From: Chrysomallon squamiferum
Taxonomy: Eukaryota; Animalia; Mollusca
Direction: 5' to 3'
Length of the DNA: 64,000 nucleotides
Assembly (NCBI GenBank): GCA_012295275.1
Contig: CM022676.1
Coordinates: forward strand, 8,618,001-8,682,000
Part shown: piece by piece, positions 61,366-64,000 of the stretch
Layout: each line of letters begins with the position of its first letter
How positions within the stretch are numbered: position 1 is the first letter of the stretch
The notes under the pieces: generated by a model
Databases searched by the model: none
What the model saw: the letters and a program-made list of their open reading frames with translations, nothing else
What the model was told of the DNA's origin: nothing
Program-made: the position numbers and the translations under genes

Positions 61366-63540
61366 GGAAAAATAAAATAAATAAAATAATATAATAATAA
61401 AACAAAAAAATTAATAAAAATAATAATAATAATAATAATAATACCAAAAATCTAAACATACAATTACCATTCATTCATTAATTTTATTTTGTTTATAAAA
61501 ATGATGATTAATGATGTGTAATAGTTAAAATCTGATAAAAATGTCTGATGAAATTCTTACATGACTAGATAATTTAGTGCATTATTTTACTAAATATGAT
61601 ATGTTTTCTGTTTCTTTTTAGTGCAGTTTTCATGACTTTTTTTTTTTTTATTATGAACTTGGTTCAAGCAGGTAACAAAATAACAAATAAAAACTCAATT
61701 AAACAAGAAAAAATGATCAGCATAATGATATATTTTGACAAGATAATGCAAGTTAGAGGAATGTATTTCTGTAAAGTTAATAATAATAATAAAAATAAAT
61801 AAATTAGAAAACATTTTGAATGAAAAAATAACAAACAGCTATGAAGCTGAAAATAATTTCTCATCGTAACATGCAAAATGTCTTGTACCATTTAGAAGAA
61901 TGAATTTGAATTTGAAAGAGGCCATTTTGTAAACTTAATTTAATTGATAATAATTGGCAATAACTATGTGAGAATTATTATTTAATTTTTTTTGTATTCT
62001 TTGTACATAATGATGAAAAAACCCTTCAGAACAGGAAGTAAAAATGGCAGATATTATGATGTTTCTCATATTTGTATTTTCATCAAACTTTATTATTAGC
62101 AAAGGATAGTATGAAAAATATTATCCTTAAATTTTGTATCATAATATTTTGTTTTGTGTTTCATTTTTATTCATCTGTAAAACTACATGAAGTATCAGTT
62201 ATATTTTTGTATTAATATTAATCATTAAACTTACATCAGAATTCCAGACAATCCAAAATTTTATTTACCTGTTCTTAATTTTTTGTTCTCTTTGTCCTTT
62301 TTTTAAATTTACTAATTAAGATTTTGGTGGGGGGGGAGAAAGACAATGGATATCCTAAGCAGAGTTTCTTAAAGAAAAGAAAAAAAATTAACAAGACATT
62401 TTGTATGTAATTTCTCACTAAATAAAAATCTTTTCTGAGAAATTATTAATATCATGATAAAAAAAAAAAAAAAAAAAGATTTAGAATTTAAAAAATGGAA
62501 TTCTTACAAAGTATTAAGCAGAACAATAAGAAAAAAATCTATATCTTTAAATATATATTTTTACACACTTTGACATTTACATATTCTGCATTGTACGTTA
62601 CTTTGCCTTGAACCATGCAGGTAACCATGGTTACTGTTGTATGGTGGTTTTTTTGTTTTGTGCACACAACCATAATGGTTACACCTTGGTTACATATGCA
62701 TAACATTGTTTTGTAAACACAAACATAGAATATTGAGGTTACAACATTTAATATGATATTTGTACACTATTTTGATGAAGCAGCTACCTAATATATACAA
62801 ACAGACTAATGATGAATATAATTTGATTTTCATTTTAAAATTATATGTAACTGTGAAAGAAAAAAGCAAAATTGTTGTTATTAGCAGCAGTCTTTTTATG
62901 GGATTCAACTTTTTCTGTTAGGAATATCATTTTAAGTCTGCCTAATTTTTAAACTACACTAAAACCTTTTGAAAGATTTTTATTTTTATTTTTATATATA
63001 TATATTTTTTTAAATTTTGTTTCTGGTAGATTTTATTAAGAGCCAATAGCAACTGGAAATATTTAAAAGGCAGCTTATTTCATAAAGAAAAAAAAAGAAG
63101 TAATAAATAAATAAATACAAAGAATAATCCTAAATAAAAAATCAGAAAGAATTATAATGTGGGGCCTTTATTATTTCATTTCTTTACTTCATTTTAATAT
63201 TAATAAAGTAAATTACAACTGCTTTTGTATCTGAGCAATAAACAAAAATAAATAAAAGTAATAAAAGTAATAAAGAACAAAGGAAAGAAAGAAAGAGAGA
63301 AACAAAGAAACAACAAACAAATAAATAAATATTAAAACAAATTAAGGAACTTCAAATCAAGTAATGCATTCCAACTCAAAATTTAAATTTTGTTATTTTT
63401 AAAGATGGCCTTGTATTTACAATAATCACACACTTTTATAAACAAGCAAAAATATATCACAATGTCGCACTTACTTAAGCAATAATACTGCTGCACTTAA
63501 TGGAATTATCTTGTAGATGGCATGAGTTTTTGCAAGCTCT

Positions 63541-63554
63541 GTTACTATGGCAAC
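63541..63554. promoter_or_regulatory. RFX X-box-like site
   Basis: GTTACTATGGCAAC; a second palindromic site GTAACCATGGTTAC lies at 62621-62634. Confidence 0.4.
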
Positions 63555-64000
63555 ACATCTTACAGTTAGAATGAATTAACTAGCACATAAGAATATAATT
63601 TAATTTGTAAGGTTGGAATTATTTTTTACAATTCAGTGCCTTTAAAGTACCAAAACAAAATATTTGTTATATTAAATATATAAATGTTACCTGAAGGTAA
63701 ATAATCTGAATTAGTTGTCTTCACTATTTCAAAACAATTGTTTAGCTGTTGTTGTAACGGTTATTCTGATTGGATAGATTTTCTTAGGCCAATTATAAAA
63801 CTGGATCTGGTTGGTTGAAATTTGAATAGTCTCCCATGCAACAAATGAAGTATGAAATTTTTACGATATGATTTCCTCTGAATTATGATTTAGAATTTTA
63901 TTGCTTTTTTTTACTTTTTAAAACTATTCTTTTAATACTATTCAGGTAAATGAATTAGATAGATATCCAAACTTCAACATCAAAACTATTTATTTAGTAC

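Overview
AT-rich, microsatellite-dense animal genomic DNA, most likely a mollusc or other lophotrochozoan (inferred from the APP tail and the composition). It holds two convergent multi-exon genes. On the + strand are the last seven coding exons of an amyloid precursor protein homologue (APP/APPL; E2 domain, TM helix, GYENPTY tail; 6339-11699), followed by a probably long 3' UTR. On the - strand is a long-type ABCC1/MRP1-like ABC transporter, start to stop (ATG 56679, stop 22678, about 32 exons). As assembled, the ABCC gene has three +1 homopolymer frameshifts, one in-frame TGA, and two NBD1 exons that are blended with neighbouring intron repeats. This indicates either consensus errors or a decaying copy. 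The most striking pattern is that about ten exon-intron junctions in the two genes seed tandem duplications that copy the splice site plus adjacent exon sequence into the intron, producing arrays of decoy splice sites (up to 13 copies). A 4.5-kb TTCAG-rich satellite starts exactly at a donor. Other observations are a strand-specific G-U-rich nested stem in the putative APP 3' UTR, five perfect CRE palindromes upstream of the ABCC gene, a mini piggyBac-like element and RFX X-boxes. All coordinates were read by hand, and exon numbering is my own.
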